The position numbers were made by a program, and so were the translations under genes. Below the pieces are notes generated by a model. It was not told the DNA's origin, searched no databases, and saw only the letters and a list, made by a program, of their open reading frames with translations. Source: Mobula hypostoma (Eukaryota). Taken from it: a stretch of 64,000 nt of DNA. Shown here in pieces: positions 52,771 through 64,000 of this stretch. Numbering within the stretch: the stretch's first letter is position 1; the number at the start of each line of letters is the position of its first letter. Location: the NCBI RefSeq assembly GCF_963921235.1, contig NC_086108.1, positions 49,354,001-49,418,000 of the forward strand. Direction: 5' to 3'.

Positions 52771-54279
52771 TTCAAGCCACTCTGTTCTGTCTTCTATATC
52801 CAATAGAAAATGTTAGAAATTCATGGAACACTCTGCCATTAAAAATGACATAATATGGTTAGCTGTATTTGCTACGTTTCCTCTCACCCACTGGGCTGGA
52901 CTCCTAATGTTCTCTCAGCCCCACCCCAGAATTTACAGCCTTTCTGGTTTCTCCTATTTCTAGCTCTAGCTCCCTTGAACTACTCCAGCTAATCTGCTGA
53001 CAGCTCGGCTTCTTTTTTCCATCTCCATGTTAGCTGCAGTTGAGACCTGATTTCTCACTCCTGGTGCTGTTCCTGCTCTTTCAATTCCAGTGCCATTTCT
53101 ACTCTCAAATAATCATCCCATCTTGGAACCATGACACTAACCTTGGCTTCCTCCTCAAAAGTACTGGAATCTATTCCGGCCTCTCAAGATTCTTGCCCAT
53201 CTTACCTGTATTCATCCAGTCAGGTTGCCAATGATGGTATGCATTATGTTCTATTTTTCTTGCTATTTATTAATTTTTAGGCATCAGTGATAAAGTCTAG
53301 AATTTATCAGCCATTTTTAATTATCCCTGAGAGAGCTGACCTTCTGACCCTACTCTGTTTTGCTGAAGATGGAATTTGTTTTGACAAAGTGACCAAAAGG
53401 ATTATTGAACTTTACCAAGTGCTCTTGGGGTTGCACTTATCCAGACAAGCAGAAAGCATTCAATAATCCTCCTGATTTATGTTTAGTAGATGGTAGAATA
53501 TTTATGGGATGTCAGGAAATGAATTACTTACCTTAGGATACCCAGCCTTGGACCAGTTATGGTAGACACACTATTCATGTGCTGGTCCAATTGAATTTCT
53601 CGTCAATAGAATGTTGATGGTGCTATTTGGCAATCATAATGCCATTGTATGTCAAAGATTAGTTACCATATTCTCTTTTATTGTGAATGGTTGTTAGCCT
53701 GGAACATTTGTGATGCAAATGAAGTTTGTCACTTAGGAGCCCACTGACAAATATAGGCCGCCTTCATACAGACATTAGCTGCTGTTTGCTGAGAAGTTAT
53801 GAATAGTATTGAACATTGCACAATGATCAGTAGATATTCCTCTTTGTGACCTCATGGCAGAAGGTTATTGATCAGTTTTACTAGAGCTTTTTTATGCCAT
53901 TTTTGGTCAAATTCTACCTTGACATATAGGGTGGTCACTGTATTTCGCCTCTGGACAGGTTTGGTGAATGCCTTTGATCTAAAACTGAGTAATCCGGATG
54001 AAACCTACAAAGGTTAATGATGAGTACACATTACTTAATATCACTTCCCATCACTTTGCAGATGATTGCGATTAGGCTGACTGATCCGCCGGTTTGGATT
54101 TGTCTTTTTTTTGCTAGCACTGCACAATTTTCACACTGGTGGGTGGATACTCGTATTGTAACTGTAGTGAAGTACATTGTTTGAGATACAGAATATCCTA
54201 GAGCACATTTTCAGCACTACGTTTAGGATATTGTCTAGTGCCATAGTCTTTGCTGTACTCTCCACTGTTTCCTGCAGTC

Positions 54280-54482
54280 TTCTTCTCTTCTTCGTCTTGT
54301 TTTATGGCGGTTGGCACCCAGCTTAACGGTGCATTACCACCACCTTCTGCTCCGGAGTGTGCAATAGACGTACATTCTAAATCCCTTCACCCTATCTCTA
54401 TCTCTATCTCTATCTCTATCTCTATCTCTATCTCTATCTCTATCTCTATCTCTATCTCTATCTCTATCTCTATCTCTATCTA

Positions 54483-54537
<55 letters not shown>

Positions 54538-54667
54538 ATCTCTCTATCTCTCTCTCTATCTCTCTCTCTCTATCTCTCTCTCTCTATCTCTGTCTCTCTA
54601 TCTCTGTCTCTCTATCTCTCTATCTCTTTATCTCTCTATCTCTCTATCTCACTCTCTATTTCATTCA

Positions 54668-54711
<44 letters not shown>

Positions 54712-56042
54712 AACCTACACTTTATCCTTCCATCTTTGGCCATCCTAGCACTCTATTCCTGCTTATCCATTATATCCTATAAAAAAAATCCCTGTACCCC
54801 TTAAGAAAGCTAAAAATACCCTAACCTGTGCTCCCTCACCCATGCCCAGCAACCCTTTTAATGTGAATTCTTGCACCCCCAGATCCCTTAGATTAATTCT
54901 CATCATCTCTCTCTATCCCATACTTGCTGCGACTCAACTACATGTTCTACTGACTCCTTTTCCTGACATTCCTCAGTTTTCCCTATCGTTTTCAATGTTT
55001 TGTTTAACGTACAGTGCCCCAGCCTTAACCTAGTCCACACAGTTTCCTCTCTTCTGTATCGACTACCTATCCTAGTAGCTGCAACACTTTTTTTGTATTT
55101 GATATAAATGCCTCCCTTTCCCCTCCCTGTCCCATCTTTCTTTCCACATTTGGTTGATTTTTTTCCCAGATTACACACTTAACTTCTGCTTTACTGATAC
55201 TAATGTGCTTTTCTATATTTTCCTTCTTTAACGCCCTCTTTGCCAACTCATCCACCCTGTCATTTCCCTTCACCCCTACATGTGCTGGAACCCCTAGAAA
55301 TTTTATCTGACCTCCCTGATTTGCAATTCTTGTGACTGACTGAAGGACTTCATAAAGTATATCATGTCGACTGTTTGAGTGAAAAGACCGGAAACTTGCT
55401 AGAACTGGGGATGAATCTGAGCATATCAACACTTTGACTTGTCTAGCTTTCTCCACCGATTGCAACGCAGCCAACACTGCCAGCATTTCCACTGTATACA
55501 CCCCTAATTTATTAGATGTTCTTCTGCTGATTCCAACTTCTTTTGCTGGTATAGCCACCCCAAACCCTATCACTCCTGTTTCAGGTTCCTTAGCACCATC
55601 CATATAAATCTGATTATAATCACTATACTTTTCCATCACATGACAGTTAAATGCACTGACCAAATCAGTTTTATATTTTCCTATCCTTTTTACCTCGAAC
55701 AAATGCCAGTCTATGTCAGGCCATACAAGCTTCCATGGAGCTACAACCGGATAAACTACTGAAGGACTTATCCTTAGATCAAACACTCCACATTCTTTAG
55801 CAATATCATTCCCTACCCGACTAAAGTTATCCCTCTGAAACCTCCCATTTTCCCAGCGCTCCTGCAACACTCCTTTAACAGGGTGAGAATCATTGTGCCC
55901 CTGCAAATTAGCCCGGTAGTTTGCCATCAATTACATCATTCTTAGTTCCAAAGGCATTACTCCCATTTCTACCCGTAGGGCTGACACTGGTGATGTTTTA
56001 AAAGCCCCACTGCACACTCTCAAAGCCTGAGCCTGAATTACA
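54280..56042 (-). mobile_element. 5'-truncated I/Nimb-like LINE with RNase H domain
   Basis: ORF 55930-55067: YMDGAK...E.LAV..AL...ICSDS...VPAHVGVKGNDRVDELAK; then RLRLGH..LN...C..C.E.ESVEH; (GAA)n-like tail; TSD TGCAGTC (54273-54279, 56046-56052). Confidence 0.85.
54392..54708. repeat. Compound microsatellite (CTATCT)n / (CT)n / (CA)n
   Basis: Directly visible. Confidence 0.97.
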
Positions 56043-56943
56043 TCTTGCAGTCATATGATGTAAATTGACTTGGTTAAGACTTGCTTCTCTGGTGCTTGGT
56101 AACTAAAATTAATCATCCACTTGGCACTTCTGAACATGATTGAAAATGGTCCTAGAGTTACCATTTCCTAACGCAGTAGTGTAGAGCTTTGAGAATTTTG
56201 TTGTTTCTAGTATTGTAACTGGGACAGAGGTCATTCTCAACCCAACTTTTGGCATGGTTGAGCACAACATTCTCATCTGCTAATCTTGTACCATTGTTCA
56301 CAAGGTGGGACTGCAATCCCGTTTCCAGTCTTTTCTGTCTAATCATAACCAGAGAATCAGTAACTAATAATGAGTTTTCTTCCATTATGTTGTTTCCACT
56401 GGTGTTCCTAAAGCTCCTGTCTTTGCCTTCTAACTGTTTCTCACTTTTAATGTCCTTCATCAATACACTGCTGTCATATTTCCACAAGTAAGCAGATAGT
56501 ACAAAGTTCTGCACTTTAACTCTCAATTGACAGCCAGCTTGTTTGACATACAGTAACAGGTTTTCTCCAACCAAATATCTGGAAGCCTCTTGCTTTTGTC
56601 TGTGGAGCCTGAAACAAACACTGTTCCCTTTTCAAATATTTCAAACTAATCCTACATCTACATAATCTTGGTATCATGTTTGATCTTGCAAGGAACTTGC
56701 AGACCACATATTTGAGCCATCAGTGAGACCACCTTTTTTTAAATTTCTGTTTCAACTGTTGATCCACTTTAATATCATGTTTGCTAATAATTCAATAAAG
56801 CATTTTTGGACTTGAGCGATGCTAGAAGTGACAAATGAAAATTGTTAACACGAGGAATTCTGCAGATGCTGGAAATTCAAGCAACACACATCAAAGTTGC
56901 TGGAGAACGCAGCAGGCCAGGCAGCATCTCTAGGAAGAGGTAC

Positions 56944-56979
56944 AGTCGACGTTTCCGGCCGAGACCCTTCGTCAGGACT
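56944..56979 (-). ncRNA. Minimal type I hammerhead ribozyme motif
   Basis: AGTC-CTGACGA-AGGGTCTCGGCCG-GAAAC-GTC^GACT. Confidence 0.7.
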
Positions 56980-58577
56980 AACTGAAAAAAGTGCTAGTAA
57001 GAGATTTGAAAGTGGGAGGGGGAGGGAGAGATCCAAAATGATAGGAAAAGACAGGAGGGGGAGGGATGGAGCCTAGAGCTGGACAGTTGATTGGCAAAAG
57101 GGATATGAGAGGATCACGGGACAGGAGGCTATGCCTGCCTTTTTGTAGGCTTTGTGGAACAATCTATGTTCCAAACCTATTCTGGTATCTGCCCCCCACT
57201 TTTCCTTCGCTACATCGATGACTGCATTGGCGCTGCTTCCTGCACATATACTGAGCTCGTTGACTTCATTCACTTTGCCTCCAACTTTCACCCTGCCCTC
57301 AAGTTTACCTGGTCCATTTCCGACACCTCCCTCCCTTTCTAGATCTTTCTGTCTCTATCTCTGGAGACAGCTTATCTACTGATGTCTACTATAAGCCTAC
57401 TGACTCTCACAGCTATCTGGACTATTCCTCTTCTCACCCTGTCTCTTGCAAAAATGCCATCCCCTTCTCGCAATTCCTCCGTCTCCGCCGCATCTGCTCT
57501 CAGGATGAGGCTTTTCATTCCAGGATGAGGGAGATGTCCTCCTTTTTTAAAGAAAGAGGCTTCCTCTCCTCCACCATCAACTCTGCTCTCAAACGCATCT
57601 CCCCCATTTCACGCACATCTGCTCTCACTCCATCCTCCTGCCACCCCACTAGGAATAGGGTTCCCCTTGTCCTCATCTACCACCCCACCAGCCTCCAGGT
57701 ACAGCATATTATTCTCCGTAACTTCCGCCACCTCCAACAGGATCCCACCACTAAGCACATCTTTCCCTCCCATTCCCCCTGCTTTCCGCAGGGATCGCTC
57801 CCTACGCGACTCCCTTGTCCATTCATCCCCCCACATCCCTCCCCACCGATCTCCCTCCTGGCACTTATCCTTGTAAGCGGAACAAGTGCTACACATGCCC
57901 TTACACTTCCTCCCTTACCGCCATTCAGGGCCCCAGACAGTCCTTCCAGGTGAGGCAACACTTCACCTGTGAGTCGTCTGGGGTGATATACTACGTCCAG
58001 TGCTCCCGATGTGGCCTTCTATATATTGGCGAGACCCGAGGCAGACTGGGAGATCATTTCGCTGAACACCTACACTCTGTCTGCCAGAGAAAGCAGGATC
58101 TCCCAGTGGCCACATATTTTAATTCCACGTCCCATTCCCATTCTGATACATCTATCCACGGCCTCCTCTACTGTAAAGATGAAGCCACACTCAGGTTGGA
58201 GGAACAACACCTTATATTCCATCTGGGTAGCCTCCAACCTGATGGCGTGAACATTGACTTCTCTAACTTCCGCTAATCCCCCACCTCCCCCTCATACCCC
58301 ATCCGTTATTTATTTATATACACACATTCTTTTTCTCCCTCTCCTTTTTCTCCCTCTGTCCCTCTGACTATACCCCTTGGAGTTTTTCTGGGTTTTTCTC
58401 CCCCCTCCCCCTTTTCTTTCTCCCTCGGCCTCCTGTCCCATGATCCTCTCATATCCCTTTTGCCAATCAACTCTACAGCTCTCGGCTCCATCCCTCCCCC
58501 TCCTGTCTTCTCCTATCATTTTGGATCTCCCCCTCCCCCTCCCACTTTCAAATCTCTTACTAGCTCTTCTTTCAGTT

Positions 58578-58613
58578 AGTCCTGACGAAGGGTCTCGGCC
58601 GGAAACGTCGACT
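58578..58613 (+). ncRNA. Minimal type I hammerhead ribozyme motif
   Basis: AGTC-CTGACGA-AGGGTCTCGGCCG-GAAAC-GTC^GACT. Confidence 0.7.
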
Positions 58614-58802
58614 GTACCTCTTCCTAGAGATGCTGCCTGGCCTGCTGCGTTTTCCAGCAACTTTGATGTGTATTAAATGAAAATTGTTGCTGTTGCCATT
58701 GTAGTTGCAGTTTTATGTTATAAAAACTTATGATAGGGCAGCGGGCCAGCACATTGCCATGTTTGTGGAATAAAGCTAAGAGTTTTCTCTGCCGGCCTGT
58801 AG

Positions 58803-58925
58803 GTGATGATGGATGGCGGGCTGAACATCGAGATGGTGCTGCGGTTCAGCTACAATGGTCTCCAGTGAATCGTCACATCTCTGTGATCTCCAATGATTAT
58901 TTCCCTGTTTACTACATTGCTCCTG
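58803..58925 (+). CDS. LAMC1: Laminin gamma-1 exon (L4/IV domain)
   Basis: ctgtAG|GT GAT...CCT G|GTatgt; 123 bp; GDDGWRAEHRDGAAVQLQWSPVNRHISVISNDYFPVYYIAP. Confidence 0.93.
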
Positions 58926-59128
58926 GTATGTAAATTCAGTAAATGCACAAAATGTTAACTTCACCAAGGAAAATTAGTACAGTTGACTTAGTAATTTAGT
59001 ATTTTATAATCCAGAACAATTTCAATGAAATTAGCTGTATAAGTTGAGGATCTAACTAATTGATTTAACAAACTGATGCATCCTTAGACACGTACAGAGG
59101 AAATAATTGCTTTTATATTCTCCCCCAG

Positions 59129-59318
59129 CAAATCTTTTAGGTGATCAGCTGATGAGTTACGGTCAGAACCTCTCTTTCACTTTCTACATGGACAAGAGAA
59201 ACAACCGTTTATCTGCTGAGGATGTCATACTGGAAGGAGCAGGCCTGAGAGTGACAGCTCCGCTAATCGCCCAGGGAAACCAGTATCCCACAGAAAGTCC
59301 TCAGAGCTATATATTCAG
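59129..59318 (+). CDS. LAMC1: Laminin gamma-1 exon (L4 domain)
   Basis: cccccAG|CA AAT...TTC AG|GTgaaa; 190 bp; ANLLGDQLMSYGQNLSFTFYMDKRNNRLSAEDVILEGAGLRVTAPLIAQGNQYPTESPQSYIFR. Confidence 0.93.
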
Positions 59319-59977
59319 GTGAAATAGGATCCAGAACATGATATTGTTATCAGGCTGAGTGATTAAAGATAAGAGCAATGGGTCATTGTCTAATCTGGTG
59401 ATCTGCCTAGAAGCTATTCCAGATTTTAGTAGCCCAAGTATACTTATTGTGCTTTCAGAGTATATTAATGGCTAATGGAGTCGTGTATTGAGACCTAACT
59501 CTCTTGTCGTGGTATTGGAATGTTAATATTTGTAAGCCACACACCAAAGTAACAAAGTATATATTCATGAGGGAAAATGCTGAGTAAGTATTTACTTCCT
59601 TGCACTCTTCATCTCCCCTGCCCTAACAAAAGGGAAATCAGGTTAAGAGTTACTTGATCTGCAATTGCATTCCAGCTCATTTCATATCTTTAATTTGTGT
59701 TTGTTTGTTTATTGATCCAAAAGAAGAAATTGCTAAGGAATTATAGTTTAGGAAATATCCCATCTGCTTCTGTGAAATTGAAACCTGGGTCTTGAAAGTG
59801 GAAACATGATGTTTTGCACTGGACCACCCAATCTCCTGTGTTCAAAGCAATATCTGTTTATTTAGGAGCAAAGATTACTCCAACTACCTGCACGAATCAA
59901 TTCAAAGCACCTTATGGCTTTGTAAAATGCTGATCATAAAATCTGTACTTTTTAAGCCCAAACTGAAGTTGTGAGTA

Positions 59978-60992
59978 CAGTAGATTCTGGCTAATTGGCC
60001 ATTGGTTACTTGGGATAGCCACTTACTTGGGACAACGCTTGAGAAAATAGCTGGATTTCCTTGTTTGGCAGGAGGCTGTTGCCAAACATTATCTAAGTAG
60101 TATCAGTCACGTGCACATCATGTGGCTATTCACACTATACCAAAGCAAACAGTTTTTTAAAAGTGCCATGTGTGTTTGTGTTCAAAAAGCACAGATTTTT
60201 GTCAGTGATGTTTAGCAAGGAATAAACAGTAAGACAATTCAGAACTGTTTTGCTCACTGTAGTTTCGAGCATTCAGGCTTGGAGATGCCCAATACGGTTG
60301 GGAGTGAAAATGAAGTGATTTCATTACTTCAATAAGTTAGGACTATGAAGAATTTGAAGTTATCGACAATCATCTTGAATGTTACCTCTAGGGACTCGGC
60401 TCTCACCTGTGGCTGCATGCAACAGTGGCCACATCCCAGTACACCGTTTTGACAGGCAGGCTAAACCATTTGAGGGAAGCTGCTGTGTCCCATATCCTGG
60501 TGAGATAGGAACGTACCTGTCCTAGCATCAAAGTCAGCTCCGTCAGTCTGGGTGCATGAGATCTATGGTGAGCTCCAATGGCCCAGAGAGCGATACTGCA
60601 ATTGTGATGTGGAGAGTGAAGGGCATGATGTTGCACAGTCATGGTGATCCACTGCAGCCATGGGAGACCCCTAGTTGTGAGGTCTAATCGTCCCACTGGA
60701 CCTGGCCAACCGAGGCCCAGGGAGTTGAACTGCCCCAGTGCAGTGGCTTTTCCACTTTAAAAACTCTCACCACAGAATTCCTGATATTGTTGAATATGAC
60801 AGACAACTACTAGCAGTGTCCTAATTTGTTCTATATTTCATTTAAATACACAATTTGTTACTCAGTTAAGTGGTAATTTGCCTTTTTTTAATACCTTTTT
60901 AACTACCATGAAATTTCAGCTAATTAATGCAGCCAGTTAATTGGACCAAAATGTACTGTTCCCAATGTGTCCCAATTAAATGGAATCCACTG
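59978..60992. mobile_element. Tigger/pogo-like non-autonomous DNA transposon
   Basis: TA|CAGTAGATTCTGGCTAATTGG ... CCCAATTAAATGGAATCCACTG|TA; probable unrelated insertion at ~60385-60810. Confidence 0.7.
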
Positions 60993-61058
60993 TATTTATG
61001 TTTGCAATCTGAAAAGAACTGTAAATGTTTGTAATGCATTCTTTTTATCTATTTGCAG

Positions 61059-61171
61059 ACTCCATGAAGTGACAAGCTACCCCTGGAGACCACAGCTTTC
61101 CTCTTTTGAATTTCAAAGGCTCCTTCACAACCTGACAGCTATTAAGATCCGGGGTACATATGGTGAAAATA
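61059..61171 (+). CDS. LAMC1: Laminin gamma-1 exon (L4 domain)
   Basis: ttgcAG|A CTC CAT...AAT A|GTaagt; 113 bp; [37 protein letters not shown]. Confidence 0.94.
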
Positions 61172-61410
61172 GTAAGTACTCCTAGAAGTAAGTAGGCCAG
61201 TTGACAATGCACATAAGGCTCAAAAGAATGGAAGCGGAAAGAGACTATTTCGTCTTCAAGCCTTTTCTGCTTTTAATGAGGTCATGTGCGGTCTTGTACA
61301 TTGTCCACTTTTCTGTCTGCTTCTCATTCCCTTGATTCAATCAGTATTGGTCGGAGTCTCTATCAGATTGAACCATTACACTATCACAATTCCATAGATA
61401 GAGAATACTA

Positions 61411-62964
61411 CAGTACTATGCTAAAGTCTTAGGCACCCTAGGTTTTCATGTAGATTTTGTTTTAGGATGTTTATTTTTTTGTCTTCTGCAATAGAGTGAC
61501 AGTAGAAAAGAACAAATTTTAGATCTCCAAACATTCATGTTCCAAAAAAATGAATGTTACAGGGAAATTTTTGTATTTCATTAAAGAAAGCAACATTATT
61601 AAGTAATAGACCATTTTTCACATCAAAACTTGATTACTTTGTAGGTATATAGCCCAGTGCATGATTAAACAAAGATAACGAACAGGATGCTAATGATCAA
61701 TGACATCACGAACTGAATGAGCTAAACTGATTAACTGGAACAGAAATGCATGTAGAAGAAACTGAGCCAAGGACAACAGAACTAAAAGGTGAGAGTTTGG
61801 CAGATGCGACAGTTTAATGTTCAAATCATCAGTTCTTACCCGATGGCAAGAGTGAGCATAACAACAAAACACAAGGTTGTCATCCTGCATCAGCAAGCTC
61901 TCTCTCAAGCCAAAATTTCACGGCAGACAGGAGTTTGAAGTTGTGCTGACAAAGCGCTTCTGAAGAAACAGAAGGAAATGGGCAAGGTTGAGGATGAGAA
62001 ATGCAGCAGTTGGCCACGGAAGCTGAGTGCAGCAGACATTAAACTGGTGTCCCTTCTAAATGAGAAGATGGCCATCACTGTTATCAGCTCTGAACTCACA
62101 GAAACCTCTGAAACCTAAGTACAGTCTGGAAAAGTCTTGTCAGAAAACTTGGATGAGTTGCTGCCAAAAAAAACATTTCTCTGAAGTGGAAACAAAGCCA
62201 AGAGACTCACCTACGCACTAAAACACAAGGACTGGGGTGCTGAACAGCCTCAGCATTTGCTCGACTGACGACTAAATTTGAAATTTTTGGCTCAAACAGG
62301 AGGCAGTTTGGCTGTAGAAGAGCTGGAGAGTGCTACATGGATGAGTGTCTGCAATCAACAGTGAAGCACGGTGGAGATTCCCTGCAGCTTTTCAGCTGCA
62401 TTTCCTGCAAATGGAGTTGGTAACCAGGTCAAAATTAATGGAATCCTCAATGTTGAGAAGTACAAACAAATTCTCATCCATCACATAATACCATCAGGGA
62501 GGTGTCAGATCAGTCCCAACTTCAACCTGCAGCAGGACAATAATGCCAAATACATGACTACGGTCACAGAGAACTGTCTTCAGTAAAAAGAACAAGGAGT
62601 TCTACAACAGATGGTATGGCCTCCACAGAGTGCTGATCACAACATCAAGGTTGTCAGAGATTACCTAGAATGACAGGAGCAAATAAGACAGCCAAAATCT
62701 GCAGAACCTTGGCAAGTTCTCCAAGATGCTTACCAGCTGATTTTCTTATAAAACTGCACAACAGAATACCTCAGAGAATTAATGGAGTTTAAAGGTAAAG
62801 GGTGGTCGCACTAAATATTGGTTTGATTTAGTGTTTTTTTTTACAGTTTGCTGCTCCTTATAGTGAATTTCTTGATATTTAGAAACTTTTCATTTTATTA
62901 TTTTTGAAAGCATCTTTGCTTTACAGATCTTTTTAAATGTGCCTAAGACTTCCGCACAGTACCG
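61411..62964 (+). mobile_element. Tc1-like transposon, full length, transposase decayed
   Basis: TA|CAGTACTATGCTAAAGTCTTAGGCAC ... GTGCCTAAGACTTCCGCACAGTACCG|TA; remnants TVKHGG, QQDN.AK, WPPQS.D.N. Confidence 0.88.
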
Positions 62965-63618
62965 TACGTAAAGAGGCTCTTGTCCGTCCTAAATAGTCAA
63001 CCCCTAATCGTGAGTCTATTTATTCTACATTCATATAATCCAGCACAGGGAAGCAGCTCCAGGATATCAGCAGTCTTATGTTGCCCCCCGCCCCCCCCCA
63101 AAATGTGTTGAGAATGACTGTCTCATATTCTGATCTGCTGGGTATAGGGCAATCTTACTTGGTCTCCTATCCTTATTTTAGAAGTAAACATGCTGTATCT
63201 GTTCCAAGGCAAGTGTATAATTTCTTCAGTGAGGAAAACAAATCACACTCAGTCTTTCAGTGAATAACACTTTTTTGTACTCCAAAGCCTTCACATTGAA
63301 AGGTAATATACCATTTGCTATCCTAATTGCTTTCTGTATCCACATGCTTATTTTGTGTGCTTTTGGAACTGTGACGCCAATATCTTTCTGCACACCCAAG
63401 TTTACCGCTTTCTTTAAGAATGTTAAAAGTTATTCTTTTCCATTCTTTATTAAAGTTAATAAATCCATATTTATCCCACTTTACATTCCAACTGCCAACT
63501 TCTTACCCACTTCTTTAACCTTTAAGTGCCCCCCTCCCCACCCGCCAACCTCTTTCTTGAATAGTTATCTCTGCTGTTCTCAGTCTTCTGGGAATCAAAG
63601 GAATTTTGAACAATCATC

Positions 63619-64000
63619 TTTTTTTTAATTTTATTTTTATTTGGATAAGGAATTCACAATTATCATGTACTTTTTTCACACATATAACCTTTTCCATTTT
63701 TTATATGTATAAAACTACAATTATTTATACATTCTTAAGTACACATTGAGATGATATAAAAGGAAAATAAACATTTAAATAGATAATTATGTACTGTGGT
63801 AAATCTAACCTATTAGGCTAAGTAATGAAATTAGTTGTTAAGAAAAATGGTAATAATAGTTTCCATACAACCCTTCTGGACCATTTCCACTGGTCCAAAA
63901 TGTTGCATACAAGCCTATATACCAACCATTGTAGGTGTTTATATCCCAATTTGTTCGTGCTTGTTCCTGCCCGCAGACATAATTATCCAATCCCTATGTA
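63619..64000 (-). mobile_element. Probable 3' end of another poly(A)-tailed LINE
   Basis: T-run plus TTTATT motifs, similar in layout to the L1 3' end at 1545-1900; no clear protein motif. Confidence 0.35.

Larger units (their letters stand above)
56847..58674 (+). mobile_element. 5'-truncated PLE with inverted 3'-end copy (56847-57129)
   Basis: TSD AAATGAAAATTGTT (56833-56846, 58675-58688); RYIDD and GIY-YIG remnants. Confidence 0.93.

Noticed and set aside
54250..54804. 184-aa ORF with ISISIS/HTHT repeats
   Set aside because: Translation of a microsatellite
14877..61171. Netrin or LAMC3 identity
   Set aside because: More than three LE repeats followed by an L4 domain excludes netrin; the LN and L4 peptides match my recollection of gamma-1 better than gamma-3 (a phylogeny would confirm)

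Overview
Eukaryotic (vertebrate) genomic DNA. The repeat landscape suggests a cartilaginous fish (inference). The window lies inside a laminin gamma-1 (LAMC1-like) gene on the + strand. Nine internal coding exons (14877-61171) were reconstructed by hand. They chain in phase without stops and encode the end of the laminin N-terminal (LN) domain, the LE/EGF repeats and the start of the L4 domain. One intron uses a non-canonical GC donor. The introns are packed with transposons: a full-length L1-clade LINE (12-bp TSD) carrying a solo LTR; CR1, Rex1/Babar-like, RTE and RNase H-bearing I/Nimb-like LINE fragments; tRNA-derived SINEs; and hAT, Tc1 and mariner/Tigger-like elements. The most striking system is three young Penelope-like (Neptune-type, RT + GIY-YIG) insertions. 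Each is built as a tail-out inverted duplication with a TSD and a fixed ~35-nt asymmetry, and each arm carries a minimal type I hammerhead ribozyme motif with a palindromic stem III (six near-intact copies plus decayed ones). An unexplained 55-bp-arm hairpin sits just downstream of the first laminin exon.
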